From assembly GCA_037140955.1 (NCBI GenBank), contig JBAXDL010000003.1, forward strand, positions 27,348-91,347: a stretch of 64,000 bases of DNA, in the 5' to 3' direction. The notes under the pieces are model-generated. The model ran no database searches, was not told the origin of the DNA, and was given only the letters and a program-made list of their open reading frames with translations. Shown piece by piece: positions 30,476 through 40,702 of this stretch. The stretch comes from a bacterium (GTDB lineage: Bacteria; Patescibacteriota; Minisyncoccia; Moranbacterales; GWC2-37-73). Numbering within the stretch: the first letter of the stretch is position 1; each line of letters opens with the position of its first letter. The translations under genes and the position numbers were made by a program.

Positions 30476-30826
30476 TTATTTTTTGGAAAATTTAACCAAA
30501 TTTGATTTCTTTGCTACTTCCTCCTTAATGGTTTTGCAACTAATTGAATCAATTAGTGACATAGCATATGTATAAATAAATTTACCCTGCCCGCCACAAT
30601 CGAAACATGCTTCACTAGCTTCTGCGAAAAATCTTTGATATTGGTTGTATTCATCTTTTAATACAACATCTTGCCTTTCCAGTTCTACTGCAAAGTAGTC
30701 TTCAAATTTCAGAAATTGTTCACCAATAGAACCCAAAATCATGGCTTTTTCCATTGCAGACTGACATTTTGCACATTGTTGGCACATTTTTCCCAAAAAT
30801 CCGATCACTCTGTACGATTCTTGCAT
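30476..30826 (-). CDS. Hypothetical Cys-containing protein
   Basis: Strong SD AAGGAGG; CQQCAKC and CFDC motifs. Confidence 0.55.
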   Translation of the reverse strand: MQESYRVIGFLGKMCQQCAKCQSAMEKAMILGSIGEQFLKFEDYFAVELERQDVVLKDEYNQYQRFFAEASEACFDCGGQGKFIYTYAMSLIDSISCKTIKEEVAKKSNLVKFSKK

Positions 30827-30888
30827 AAGAAACCTCCTTTTTTAATGAGCATTTACATCTATCAATAAGGCTAGTATACTCCAAAGTA

Positions 30889-31842
30889 ATGAAAAAACAA
30901 GCTCAAAAAATTGTCGTGGTGATGGGTCCAACAGCCTCCGGAAAATCAGGAATGGCTATTTTGATTGCCAAAAAATACAATGGTGAAATAATCTCAGCTG
31001 ACAGTCGACAAGTCTATATGGGCTTAGATATCGGAAGTGGAAAAGTTTCAAGACAACAGACAAAATACAACATGCAAAATACAAAAAATATAGAATACAT
31101 TTCCGAAGGAATTGTGCATCATCTTATTGATGTTGCAAATCCAATGGATGATTTCAATATTTCACACTTTAAAACATCAGCAAGTATTGCCATTGAAAAA
31201 ATAATAGCAAAAGGAAAGCTTCCAATCATCTGCGGTGGAACGTCTTTTTGGATTGATTCAATAACAAAAAACACCTTTATCCCGGAAGTTGCTCCTGATC
31301 ATGCCCTGCGAGCAACACTGGAAAATAATAGCATTGAAGAATTATTTTCAATGTTGCAAGAACTTGACCAGGAAAGAGCCCAAAATATTGATCAAAAAAA
31401 CAAAGTCAGATTGATTCGTGCAATTGAAATTTGCAAAGCACTTGGAAAAGTTCCGAAAAACAATGAAAACTCTTATCAATCAAAAGCCAATTCGAAATAC
31501 AATTTTTTACAAATTGGAATTTTGATAGACAGAACGCAATTAAATGAAAAAATAAAAACCAGATTAGAAGAAAGATTTGCAGATGAAATGATTCAAGAAG
31601 TAGAAGGACTACTAAAAAACAACATCTCTCCAGCATGGCTAGAAAGAATTGGTCTTGAATATCGCTGGATTAACAGGTATCTTCAAGGCAATGTCCAACT
31701 AGATGAAATGCAAAAATTGCTCTATTTTGACATCATTCACTACGCCAAAAGGCAGATGACATGGCTCAAGAGAAACACTGATATTATCTGGATAAAAGAC
31801 TATGGTGAAGCCGAAAAAGAAATGGAGAAATTCCTAAAATAA
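30889..31842 (+). CDS. miaA: tRNA dimethylallyltransferase
   Basis: GPTASGKS, ISADSRQVY, HHLID, GGT, YAKRQMTW. Confidence 0.95.
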   Translation: MKKQAQKIVVVMGPTASGKSGMAILIAKKYNGEIISADSRQVYMGLDIGSGKVSRQQTKYNMQNTKNIEYISEGIVHHLIDVANPMDDFNISHFKTSASIAIEKIIAKGKLPIICGGTSFWIDSITKNTFIPEVAPDHALRATLENNSIEELFSMLQELDQERAQNIDQKNKVRLIRAIEICKALGKVPKNNENSYQSKANSKYNFLQIGILIDRTQLNEKIKTRLEERFADEMIQEVEGLLKNNISPAWLERIGLEYRWINRYLQGNVQLDEMQKLLYFDIIHYAKRQMTWLKRNTDIIWIKDYGEAEKEMEKFLK

Positions 31843-31925
31843 CCACAATTATTGACAAAAAAACAGATATCTGGTAGAAATATAAGTCAGTAAAAATCTA
31901 GTTATTTAAAAAGGAGGTGATTGCA

Positions 31926-32294
31926 ATGAAGAGCTTGGCTGCAGAAATATTCAACAGCACGATAGGAAAGATTGATAGCCTTTCTATATCAGACTATCAA
32001 GATGAATCGACATCAATAAACATCAAATTGCTTCGTGATGCCGACACAGTTTCTTTTGTTCAGGGAATATGCCTGAAAACGACAAATCAGGAAGGAGAAA
32101 TAATTCTTGAGGCTGGAATTGCAACACTCTTAAAAAGAGCAAATCTCTCAATTTCAAAAAAGATAATAGAAACAGAGAAATCAGGAATATTAATTGTGCC
32201 ATTTTCAGCAGAAAGTGGAGTCGCCAAAAGCAGCAGAGTGAAACTATATTTTGCGATGAATGGTAGGATATTATCGAGAGAATATGCACTATAA
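31926..32294 (+). CDS. Hypothetical protein
   Basis: TTGACA at 31852, SD AAGGAGGT before ATG 31926, terminator downstream. Confidence 0.6.
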   Translation: MKSLAAEIFNSTIGKIDSLSISDYQDESTSINIKLLRDADTVSFVQGICLKTTNQEGEIILEAGIATLLKRANLSISKKIIETEKSGILIVPFSAESGVAKSSRVKLYFAMNGRILSREYAL

Positions 32295-32295
32295 C

Positions 32296-32327
32296 AAAAA
32301 AGGCAATCCCAATTGGGTTTGCCTTTT
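32296..32327. terminator. Bidirectional intrinsic terminator
   Basis: AAAAAAGGCAATCCCAATTGGGTTTGCCTTTT between convergent genes. Confidence 0.75.
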
Positions 32328-32344
32328 GTCTTTTTATACAACTT

Positions 32345-32815
32345 TTATTGTTTTTTCATTTTCAATCTGGTCTTATTTATTTTCAAACTATCCAGCATAA
32401 CCATAGCATCATTCAGTCGACCTAAAATCTTAGGAAAGTTATCTTCTTTATACAATCTATTTATACTGTTCAATCTCCTTTCAACATCATCAACCTGCGT
32501 TTCATAGGTGTGCTCACTTAGTGCTATTTTTTCTGGTCTGACTTTATTTTCACTTAAATCACTAGCAAGTTTTGTCAGCACTGCAATATCATTCTCAACA
32601 GCACTCAATGCAGTTTCAAAGTTTTCCTTTATAACCTCCTTTGTTTCAACATCATCACCTTCAAATTTAGTATTCTCAGCCTTCAATGCCCTTTTTGCTG
32701 TCTCATTTTGTATAGCACTAGTTGCCTCCAAAGCTTTCTCATGGCTTATATCTTCATTGCCTTCAACATCCTTAATTGGGGAAACTTTTCCATATTTATA
32801 ATCTTCGATAGACAT
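32345..32815 (-). CDS. Hypothetical charged helical protein
   Basis: 156-aa ORF directly downstream of gatB. Confidence 0.6.
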   Translation of the reverse strand: MSIEDYKYGKVSPIKDVEGNEDISHEKALEATSAIQNETAKRALKAENTKFEGDDVETKEVIKENFETALSAVENDIAVLTKLASDLSENKVRPEKIALSEHTYETQVDDVERRLNSINRLYKEDNFPKILGRLNDAMVMLDSLKINKTRLKMKKQ

Positions 32816-32827
32816 ATTTTTTGTTTA

Positions 32828-34312
32828 TTAAATTAATTTATTTTTTAGTAACTCCAAAACAACTTGTGGATTTGCTTTTCCGCCACTCTCCTTCATTACC
32901 TGACCCATCAAAAATTTGAGTGCGTTTTCCTTTCCTGCTTTATAATCTTCTACTGATTTTGGATTATCCGCAAGAACTTTGTCCACCACTGCTCCAAGCG
33001 CATCGCCATCATCCATTTGGGCAAGATTTTTTTCTTCAATAATCTGCGATGGATCGCCGCCGGTGTGATACATTTCCTTGAGCACGGTTTGTGCCGCACT
33101 TGAATTTATTTTTCCATCTGCCACCAAACCAATCAATTCAGCATAATTTTCAGCTGATATTTTCAAATCAGCCATTTTGTGATTATTTTCAGCCAAATGC
33201 TTTCGAACCTCAGAAATCAAATAATTCACAGCAAGCTTGATTGCCTTTTCACTCTCAGCAGCAACCTCTCGTGAAACAATTTTCTCCTTCAATTCTCCAA
33301 CCACCTGCTCAAAATATTCAGCCAAATCACTTTCAGCTGTCAAAACAAGAATATCGGCTTTGTTCAAACCATATTCACCAGCAAACCTCTCTTCTTTTTG
33401 TGCTGGAAGCTCTGGCAGCTTGGCTTTCAAGCTTTCGACATAGGCAGCTGAAAATTCCATTGGTGGAATGTCTGGCTCAGGAAAATATCGATAATCATGT
33501 GCAGATTCTTTTTTTCTTTGCGACACTGTCACGTTTTTCACACTATCCCAACCACGAGTTTCTTGCACTAATTTTTCACCATTTTCCAAGGCTTCGGTTT
33601 GACGCTCAATTTCATAGTTAATAGCCTTTTCCACAAAACGGAAAGAATTGATGTTTTTCACTTCAACCTTGGTTCCACTCAATTTTGGCTCCCCTTCTTT
33701 GTGAAGTGACAAATTCACCTCACAGCGCATGTTGCCTTTTTCCATGTCAGCATCTGAAATTCCCAAATATCGGCAAATTTGCTGCAATCTTGTGCAAAAA
33801 ATACGAGCTTGCTCGCCATTTTCAATGTCAGGTTCAGTTACAAGCTCCATTAGTGGCACTCCAGCACGATTATAGTCAACCAGGGTATAATCTGCTCCAT
33901 CCGGATGAATAAGCTTGCCTGTGTCCTCCTCAAGATGAATACGCGTCACCCCAATCAGTTTCTTCTGTCCATCAGCAGTTTCTATTTCCATGTTCCCAAG
34001 GCCACAAAGAGGCTGATCATATTGAGAAATCTGATAACCCTTCGGAAGGTCTGGATAGAAATAATTTTTTCGATCAAACTTTGATTTTAAGTTCAATTCA
34101 CAATTAAGAGCCAATCCTGCCAATTGCACAAACTCAATTGCCTGCTGATTTGGCACCGGCAAAGTCCCTGGCTGCGCTGTGCAAACAGGACAGATGTGCA
34201 CATTTGGTTGTTTCTCATGTCCAAGTCCATTTTTGGAATTACAAAACATTTTCGACTTTGTTTTGAGCTCCACATGAACCTCCATGCCAATAACTGGGAT
34301 ATATTTGGTCAT
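32828..34312 (-). CDS. gatB: Asp-tRNA(Asn)/Glu-tRNA(Gln) amidotransferase subunit B
   Basis: IGMEVHVEL, FDRKNYFYPDLPKGYQISQ, HLEEDTG, DYRYFPEPD. Confidence 0.97.
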   Translation of the reverse strand: MTKYIPVIGMEVHVELKTKSKMFCNSKNGLGHEKQPNVHICPVCTAQPGTLPVPNQQAIEFVQLAGLALNCELNLKSKFDRKNYFYPDLPKGYQISQYDQPLCGLGNMEIETADGQKKLIGVTRIHLEEDTGKLIHPDGADYTLVDYNRAGVPLMELVTEPDIENGEQARIFCTRLQQICRYLGISDADMEKGNMRCEVNLSLHKEGEPKLSGTKVEVKNINSFRFVEKAINYEIERQTEALENGEKLVQETRGWDSVKNVTVSQRKKESAHDYRYFPEPDIPPMEFSAAYVESLKAKLPELPAQKEERFAGEYGLNKADILVLTAESDLAEYFEQVVGELKEKIVSREVAAESEKAIKLAVNYLISEVRKHLAENNHKMADLKISAENYAELIGLVADGKINSSAAQTVLKEMYHTGGDPSQIIEEKNLAQMDDGDALGAVVDKVLADNPKSVEDYKAGKENALKFLMGQVMKESGGKANPQVVLELLKNKLI

Positions 34313-34496
34313 AATTTTATAATTATCGTTTTTAGTAAGAATTATTTTAATACAAAATTTCCTTAATTTATTTCATTGCTCAAATTTCCAAATCTCAATT
34401 TCCAATTTCCAACAAAATTCCAATGTATCAATTTTCAAAATTAAATTCATTTAAGAGCTTATTTGGCATTTGCAATTTGGATTTTGAAATTACCTA

Positions 34497-34835
34497 CTAT
34501 CTATTGTCTCCATTACCATTAATAACACCACGATTCATCCTACTTTGCAACTTTTCAATATTAAACTGTGCAACTTCATCCAATGACAATTTCAGCTCAC
34601 TTGAAAGCTGCGAAACATACCACAAAACATCGCCCAATTCTTTTTTGATTTCCTGCTTTGTATCCTCATCAATAACACCACCCTTGTCGCGAATAACTTT
34701 CTTTATTTTCTCAGCCACCTCTCCAGCCTCGCCAGAAAGACCCAGTGTTGGATACACAAAATTACTTCCCACTTCAGGATAAAGAGCTGTTTTTCTTGAT
34801 TCTTCTTGATATTCTTTAAAATTCATATTTTTCAT
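34497..34835 (-). CDS. MazG-like nucleoside triphosphate pyrophosphohydrolase
   Basis: LGLSGEAGEVAEKIKK, ELGDVLWY, NIEKL..R. Confidence 0.85.
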   Translation of the reverse strand: MKNMNFKEYQEESRKTALYPEVGSNFVYPTLGLSGEAGEVAEKIKKVIRDKGGVIDEDTKQEIKKELGDVLWYVSQLSSELKLSLDEVAQFNIEKLQSRMNRGVINGNGDNR

Positions 34836-34861
34836 GTTTTAGTATTTACGTTTTTATTTAA

Positions 34862-34980
34862 GCAATGTGAGACAATTTTTCTTTTCGGCCAACAGAAACG
34901 AGAGTTTCTCTTGAGCTTTTAGATATTGAGTATTTTATCTAAAAGCGTGCCAAGAAGGAAAATAGTCAAGCAATTGTGCA
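34862..34980 (+). repeat. Structured dispersed repeat, copy C
   Basis: GGC-CAAC-AGAAAC(GAGA)GTTTCT-CTTGA-GCTTTTAGATA..TATCTAAAAGC-GT-GCC. Confidence 0.85.
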
Positions 34981-34990
34981 AACATCTTGC

Positions 34991-35587
34991 TTACAATATT
35001 TTCTCTATTTTTTCCACAATATCAGCTTGAACTTTTTCAATCTCCTGATTTGCATCCACCTTTTCCCAGCCGTATTGATTTGCCAAAAGTTCATGGAAAT
35101 TCTTGCAAATAACAATTCGCTCCTCATTTGTTTCATTGCGATGATCTTTTTCAATGGCAGACAAAAACCTTTTTCCATGCATCAGAATTTCCAGATCAGG
35201 CTTGAGCAAATCTTTGTTAATCTCAACCAAGTAATCCAACTCACCACCCCATGTCAATCCCCAAGATATGCCAGTTCCAGTATAATCTTCAGCCACAATC
35301 CACTCTCCATCCTCAAGCCTGTTTTTCAGTTCTTGCTCATATCTCTTGCGATTATCAGCATATTTTGCTTGCAAATCATGCGTGGAAAGCTCATTATTTT
35401 TTCGAAACTCACTATCACGCAAGTATTTATAAATAAAAGGCCCTTCAGGTTCTAGATCATAGATTGGATATTTCAATCTTGAAACATTTTTACCAAGACT
35501 TTTCAAATGCTCAACCAAAAGCTCAACTTGGGTTGTCTTCCCAATTCCATTGATCCCATATATCGCAATGAATTTTCCTTTTTCCAT
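34991..35587 (-). CDS. tmk: Thymidylate kinase-like protein (divergent motifs)
   Basis: KFIAIYGINGIGKTTQ P-loop, ADNR, KPDL; operonic with thyA/folA. Confidence 0.7.
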   Translation of the reverse strand: MEKGKFIAIYGINGIGKTTQVELLVEHLKSLGKNVSRLKYPIYDLEPEGPFIYKYLRDSEFRKNNELSTHDLQAKYADNRKRYEQELKNRLEDGEWIVAEDYTGTGISWGLTWGGELDYLVEINKDLLKPDLEILMHGKRFLSAIEKDHRNETNEERIVICKNFHELLANQYGWEKVDANQEIEKVQADIVEKIEKIL

Positions 35588-35591
35588 ATTA

Positions 35592-36077
35592 TTATCTTTC
35601 CAATTCTAAAAATGTATATTTAAATTCTGCATCCGCACTTTGTTTTTTGCTAATAACTTTGTTAAATTGCGAATATTCTGGGAAAAAAGTGTCACCATCA
35701 AAATCACCATCAATCAATGTTAAATACAACTTATCAGCCATGCCAATTGTTTGAGCATACACATTAGCACCACCACAAATAAAAATTTCGTCTTTTTCAA
35801 TTTCACGTGCCTTGTTAATTGCCTCCTCAAGATTGCTTGCCATAATAACGCCGGCAATATGTTCCTCACTGCTGCCAGAGAGAACTATTGTTGTGCGATT
35901 AGGCAAAGGTTTTCCAATTGATTGAAAAGTTTTTCTTCCCATCACCACAACATGCCCATTGGTTGTTTGCTTAAAATGCTTGAAGTCTTCAGGAATATGC
36001 CAAAGCAGCTGATTGTTTTTCCCAATCGCCCTATTTTCTGCTAGCGCACAAATAATACTAATTTTTGGATTGTTCAT
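35592..36077 (-). CDS. folA: Dihydrofolate reductase
   Basis: ENRAIGKNNQLLWHIPED, MGRKTFQSIGKPLPNR, CGGA, GDTFFP; start at MNNPK. Confidence 0.95.
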   Translation of the reverse strand: MNNPKISIICALAENRAIGKNNQLLWHIPEDFKHFKQTTNGHVVVMGRKTFQSIGKPLPNRTTIVLSGSSEEHIAGVIMASNLEEAINKAREIEKDEIFICGGANVYAQTIGMADKLYLTLIDGDFDGDTFFPEYSQFNKVISKKQSADAEFKYTFLELER

Positions 36078-36111
36078 TTTTATTGCTAACATTTTTATTA
36101 TGTTTTTTATA

Positions 36112-36235
36112 GCATAGTTTTGCGAGACAAATTTTATTTTTGGCACGCTTTTGAATGAATACTCACTATTCAAAAGCTCAAGAGCTACTGTCGCCAGCTG
36201 TTGGCCAAAAACAAAATTAGTCTCGCGACTGCATA
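36112..36235 (-). repeat. Structured dispersed repeat, copy D (inverted)
   Basis: Minus strand: GGC-CAAC-AGCTGGC(GACA)GTAGCT-CTTGA-GCTTTTGAAT..ATTCAAAAGC-GT-GCC. Confidence 0.85.
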
Positions 36236-36271
36236 AATTCAAGATGACATTATTTCATCCATTAAAAACAC

Positions 36272-37183
36272 TTAAACAGCTATAGGAGCCTTAATCGGTG
36301 GATATGGATCATAATTTTCCAAAACAAAATCTTCAAACTTGAAATCAAAAATATCCTTCACTTCTGGATTTATCTTTATACTTGGAAGCTGGCGTGGTTG
36401 CCTTGAAAGCTGCTCAGCAACTTGATCAAAATGAAAATTATAAATATGAGCATCGCCAAGCGTGTGCACAAATTCTCCAGCTTCCAATCCGCAAGCCTGT
36501 GCAATCATCATTGTCAAAAGTGCATATGATGCAATATTAAACGGCACACCCAAAAGCGTATCGGCACTTCTTTGATACAACTGACAAGAAAGTTTTCCAT
36601 TGGCCACATTGAATTGAAAAAGAAGGTGACATGGTGGCAACGCCATTTTGTCGATGTCTCCCACGTTCCAAGCTGACAAGATAATCCTTCTTGAATCAGG
36701 ATTTTTTTTGATGGTTTCAATAATTTGAGCAATTTGATCTATCTCTTTGCCATCAGTTGTTTTCCAATGTCTCCACTGCACGCCATAGACCGGCCCAAGC
36801 TCTCCCCACGTGGCAGCAAATTCATCATCTGTTTTTATCCTTTTAATATAATTTTTCATCTCATCCTTCCATTCTTGAGAATAGGTTGGGAATTTTTCAG
36901 CCAAATTATTCTTATCAAGATAAGATTGAAAAGGCCAATCATTCCAAATATGCACATCATTTTGCACTAAATATTTGATATTTGAATCCCCTTTCAAAAA
37001 CCAAATAAGCTCATGAATAATACCTTTTAGAAAGACTTTTTTGGTTGTGAGAAGAGGAAAACCCTTTTGCAAATCAAAGCGCATTTGATAACCAAAAACA
37101 CTCTTGGTGCCAACCCCAGTTCTGTCGCTTTTTTGCACTCCATTGTCCATGATGTGCTGCAAAAGATCCAAATATTGTTTCAT
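36272..37183 (-). CDS. thyA: Thymidylate synthase
   Basis: [37 protein letters not shown]. Confidence 0.97.
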   Translation of the reverse strand: MKQYLDLLQHIMDNGVQKSDRTGVGTKSVFGYQMRFDLQKGFPLLTTKKVFLKGIIHELIWFLKGDSNIKYLVQNDVHIWNDWPFQSYLDKNNLAEKFPTYSQEWKDEMKNYIKRIKTDDEFAATWGELGPVYGVQWRHWKTTDGKEIDQIAQIIETIKKNPDSRRIILSAWNVGDIDKMALPPCHLLFQFNVANGKLSCQLYQRSADTLLGVPFNIASYALLTMMIAQACGLEAGEFVHTLGDAHIYNFHFDQVAEQLSRQPRQLPSIKINPEVKDIFDFKFEDFVLENYDPYPPIKAPIAV

Positions 37184-37206
37184 AGAATTTAATAACTCTA
37201 AAAATA

Positions 37207-37761
37207 TTATTTAATATTTTGACTTATAATATCATTAATTTGTTCATACAAATCAGGAAATGTCCCATCATTATTAATGACATAATCTGAATAATTTTTC
37301 AGATCCTTTATTTGAATTTCAGTTTCAAGCTCATGATCTTTCTTGAAGTCTTCAAAGGTCTTGGCAGTATCATCAGTATTTTCAGCTCGCTTAATGATGC
37401 GCTCATAGCGATTTTGCATATCAGCCTCCATGTAGATAAGTTTAAAGTGAGGCAATTCCTTAAGATAAGAAATGTCAGCCATACGACGCACACCATCAAC
37501 TACCACCAAATCATGTTGATCATTTTCAGCATCATGATACATAGCCTTAGCTAAAATATCTTCTCCAAAATTTTTACGCAAAACAGTTGAAATTGTTGAA
37601 ATATTTTCTCTAGATTGTTCAACATAAATTCGATCCAAAACATCCCGCAAAATAGTGGAAAAGCGATGAGCGTTTCCCTTGTGATGTTCGATAACATGCT
37701 TAGCAATTGTTCCCTTGCCAGAACCCATTTCACCCGTAATCCCCAAAATTAACTTTGCCAT
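37207..37761 (-). CDS. P-loop nucleotide kinase (dephospho-CoA kinase/dNMP kinase-like)
   Basis: [24 protein letters not shown]. Confidence 0.7.
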   Translation of the reverse strand: MAKLILGITGEMGSGKGTIAKHVIEHHKGNAHRFSTILRDVLDRIYVEQSRENISTISTVLRKNFGEDILAKAMYHDAENDQHDLVVVDGVRRMADISYLKELPHFKLIYMEADMQNRYERIIKRAENTDDTAKTFEDFKKDHELETEIQIKDLKNYSDYVINNDGTFPDLYEQINDIISQNIK

Positions 37762-37769
37762 ATTTTTTA

Positions 37770-38255
37770 TTATTTCTTTTCAAATATTAAATTATTTTTT
37801 GTCACATATTGCCTGTAAGTCACTCCAGCCATGTCTAGCATTCTTCTTGAAGCCACACTCATGTCATCATCATGATATTTGTCACTTTCGAAAATAACTT
37901 CTCTTATGCCATTTTGAATAATCGTTTTGGCACATTCATTGCAAGGAAACAATGTGCAATACAATCTCGATCCTTCAGTTTCAGCATTAGCATTATAGAT
38001 TGCATTTTCCTCGGCATGCACCACATAGGCATATTTTTTCTCACAAAAAGCTCCTTCTCTGGCCCATGGCAAATCACCATCTCCGCAACCCCTCGGAAAA
38101 CCATTATATCCAAGACCAACCACAATATTTTTCTCATTAACAATACAAGCTCCATTTTGAGTGTTGGGATCCTTTGAGCGATGAGCAATCACCTTGCTCA
38201 TTTGCATGAAAGTCTCATCCCAATCAAGATATCCCTCACGTTTTTCAGTTTGCAT
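37770..38255 (-). CDS. dCMP deaminase
   Basis: RSKDP..GACIV, GYNGFPRG, HAEENAI, PCNEC. Confidence 0.92.
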   Translation of the reverse strand: MQTEKREGYLDWDETFMQMSKVIAHRSKDPNTQNGACIVNEKNIVVGLGYNGFPRGCGDGDLPWAREGAFCEKKYAYVVHAEENAIYNANAETEGSRLYCTLFPCNECAKTIIQNGIREVIFESDKYHDDDMSVASRRMLDMAGVTYRQYVTKNNLIFEKK

Positions 38256-38334
38256 ACAAGTAAATTTTAATCATTATTCCAATATCTTTATTGTATACAT
38301 TTTATCAAATACAGTAAAGATCATATTACAACAT

Positions 38335-38368
38335 AAAAAAGACCCTGCAGACATTTGTCTGTAGGGTC
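38335..38368 (-). terminator. Intrinsic terminator
   Basis: GACCCTGCAGAC-ATTT-GTCTGTAGGGTC with adjacent A-tract (U-tract on minus strand). Confidence 0.75.
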
Positions 38369-38390
38369 AATGATTTTTAAAAAGAAAAAA

Positions 38391-39197
38391 TTAATTTTCC
38401 TTTCGAATGAGGACGAGCACATCACCTTCCTTCACAACAATATTGTCTTCCGGTGAGATATAGTTTTCCGCCGGAATGACAATATTTTCAAATGAAACAT
38501 AAAAGTTTCTTTTGCCAATATTGTGAAATGTTGGCATCTTGATTTTTCGTTCTGGTTGCGGGTTCATGTTGAACATGATTTTCCGTTTCAAGAAGCCTCG
38601 ATTGTCAGCAACGACAGCGCCAACAATCTTTTTGTCGCCAGTGTCGGAAAAAAAGTGAGTGTTGTGAATGAAGCTAGCCAACTCACGCTCGGTTCCAGGC
38701 GACATCGCAACCAACTCATAGCTGAATTTTGTGTCATCAGTTGAAAGTCCAAAGATATTCCTTGGCACATTTCCGTTTTTTACCAAAAGACCAAGATCTT
38801 CTGGTTCAATTTCCATAAAACTTCCAATGTAGCTATTTACAAGCCATGTTGGAATTGTAGAAGAAATGTCCATCAATGGAGCGCAAGCTGCCAAATCAGC
38901 ACCAGTTACCTTGAAACGATACCAGCCAGCAGACACCAATTCTCCAGGATTTTTCTTCTCCCAGGCACCAATCACTCCAAAGAATGATTGGGATGTTTTC
39001 AATTGGCTCGTCTCTAACGTGCCACAATTCACTGAAGTCACAGTGAATTGATATGGCATATACCTCTGAAATTCGCCATTGATCAAAATTGATCTCCTGA
39101 TGGTCACCAATTCCTCACTGCCACCACCAGCCATCACTGGAAACGCCGACAGGGCAAAAATCGCTAATACAAGCCCAAAAATCATCATTTTTCTCAT
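38391..39197 (-). CDS. Hypothetical secreted protein
   Basis: SD AAGGAG; signal peptide MRKMMIFGLVLAIFALSAFPVMA. Confidence 0.65.
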   Translation of the reverse strand: MRKMMIFGLVLAIFALSAFPVMAGGGSEELVTIRRSILINGEFQRYMPYQFTVTSVNCGTLETSQLKTSQSFFGVIGAWEKKNPGELVSAGWYRFKVTGADLAACAPLMDISSTIPTWLVNSYIGSFMEIEPEDLGLLVKNGNVPRNIFGLSTDDTKFSYELVAMSPGTERELASFIHNTHFFSDTGDKKIVGAVVADNRGFLKRKIMFNMNPQPERKIKMPTFHNIGKRNFYVSFENIVIPAENYISPEDNIVVKEGDVLVLIRKEN

Positions 39198-39361
39198 TTT
39201 CCTTCTCCTTTTGTTAAGACTACTGGAATGCCGGACATGTCCGGTTGTGTCAATCAAGACAACGTATTATTATACGCTTTTTTGTCAAAAAAGTCAAGAA
39301 AAAAACATCCCCGAAAAGATGTCTTTTTGCTTGATAGGCTTTATAGACTTTCAGCTTTTGA

Positions 39362-40039
39362 CTAAAGTGTCACTTTAATTCCAGGTCCCATAGTTGAGCA
39401 AACTGAAATTGTCATCACATATTTTCCTTTGATTCCAGAAGGACGAGCCTTTTGGATTGCATCCAAAAACATAGCATAGTTTTCTTCAAGCTTCTTTGTT
39501 TCAAAAGAAACCTTTCCAATCACTTGGTGCACATTTCCAGTGTTGTCATTTTTAAAACTAAGTTTTCCCTTTTTAAGCATTTCTACAGCTTCCTTGATCT
39601 TGTCGGTTACTGTTTCAGTCTTTGGTGAAGGCATAAGACCACGGGGTCCAAGGATTTTTGCCACAACTGCAAGTTTCGGCATCATTTCAGGACTTGCAAC
39701 AATCACATCAACTTCTTCCATTTTTCCAAGCTTGATTTTTTCAATCAAATCTTCAGCTCCAACGAAGTCAGCACCAGCCTCTTTGGCTTCAGTTGCCTTG
39801 GTTGAAGTGATAACTGCAATTCTGGCAGCCTTGCCGATTCCATGAGGAAGGACAACTGCTCCACGAACTTGTTGATCACCTTTTTTTGGATCAACAGCAA
39901 GTCTGATGTGAACCTCAACAGATTCATCAAATTTTGCAGTTTTGGTTTCTTTTGCCAAAGCCAAGGCCTCGGTCACGGCATACAATTTGTTTTTTTCAAT
40001 TTTTTCAGCCACAGTCTTATATTTTTTTCCTCTAAACAT
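39362..40039 (-). CDS. rplA: 50S ribosomal protein L1
   Basis: KFDESVE, QQVRGAVVLPHG, LGPRGLMPSPK, STMGPG. Confidence 0.97.
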   Translation of the reverse strand: MFRGKKYKTVAEKIEKNKLYAVTEALALAKETKTAKFDESVEVHIRLAVDPKKGDQQVRGAVVLPHGIGKAARIAVITSTKATEAKEAGADFVGAEDLIEKIKLGKMEEVDVIVASPEMMPKLAVVAKILGPRGLMPSPKTETVTDKIKEAVEMLKKGKLSFKNDNTGNVHQVIGKVSFETKKLEENYAMFLDAIQKARPSGIKGKYVMTISVCSTMGPGIKVTL

Positions 40040-40047
40040 AGTTTTGT

Positions 40048-40088
40048 GTGGTCAACGAATCACGTAATATATTACTCAATTCTCCCAC
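40048..40088 (-). promoter_or_regulatory. L1-binding mRNA leader (autogenous control)
   Basis: Minus strand GTGGGAG...GACCAC immediately upstream of rplA ATG. Confidence 0.65.
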
Positions 40089-40113
40089 TATTATAATTTT
40101 ATAAACCACAGAA

Positions 40114-40230
40114 GCAATGTGAAACTATTTTTCTTTTTTGGCCAATAGAAGCGACAGCTTCTCCTGAGCTTTTGAATAATGAGTATTTCATTCAAAAGCG
40201 TGCCAAAAAGGAAAATAGTGGAACAATTGC
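40114..40230 (+). repeat. Structured dispersed repeat, copy E
   Basis: GGC-CAAT-AGAAGC(GACA)GCTTCT-CCTGA-GCTTTTGAAT..ATTCAAAAGC-GT-GCC between rplK and rplA. Confidence 0.85.
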
Positions 40231-40249
40231 AATCATCTTAAAGAATGTT

Positions 40250-40678
40250 CTAGTTTTCAATCTTGATTCCCATGCTTCTTGCTGTTCCAGCCACAATATT
40301 CATTGCTCCCTGCACATCATTAGCATTCAAATCAACCATCTTTGTCTTTGCAATTTCTTCCAATTGAGCCTTGGTCACAACCTTGCCAACCTTGTCTTTG
40401 AGTGGATTTGCAGCACCTTTTTCTGCGCCGGCAGCCTTTTTCAAAAGTTCAGCAGCTGGAGCTGTCTTCATGATGAAATCGAATGAACGATCCTCGTATA
40501 CTGTGATTTCAACTGGCACAACTTCTCCCATCTTGTCGCGAGTTTGATCATTGAAACGAACACAGAATTCTTGAATAGCAACACCATGTTGACCCAAAAC
40601 TGGTCCCACTGGAGGAGCTGGATTAGCCTTTCCACCAACTATTTGCAACTTAATGACCACTTTAATCTTCTTTGCCAT
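40250..40678 (-). CDS. rplK: 50S ribosomal protein L11
   Basis: [29 protein letters not shown]. Confidence 0.97.
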   Translation of the reverse strand: MAKKIKVVIKLQIVGGKANPAPPVGPVLGQHGVAIQEFCVRFNDQTRDKMGEVVPVEITVYEDRSFDFIMKTAPAAELLKKAAGAEKGAANPLKDKVGKVVTKAQLEEIAKTKMVDLNANDVQGAMNIVAGTARSMGIKIEN

Positions 40679-40702
40679 ATATTTTTTCCTTAAGGTTATT
40701 TA

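Noticed and set aside
36078-36242. 55-aa N-terminal extension of FolA in the ORF track
   Set aside because: It reads through repeat copy D from a TTG; DHFR homology starts at MNNPK
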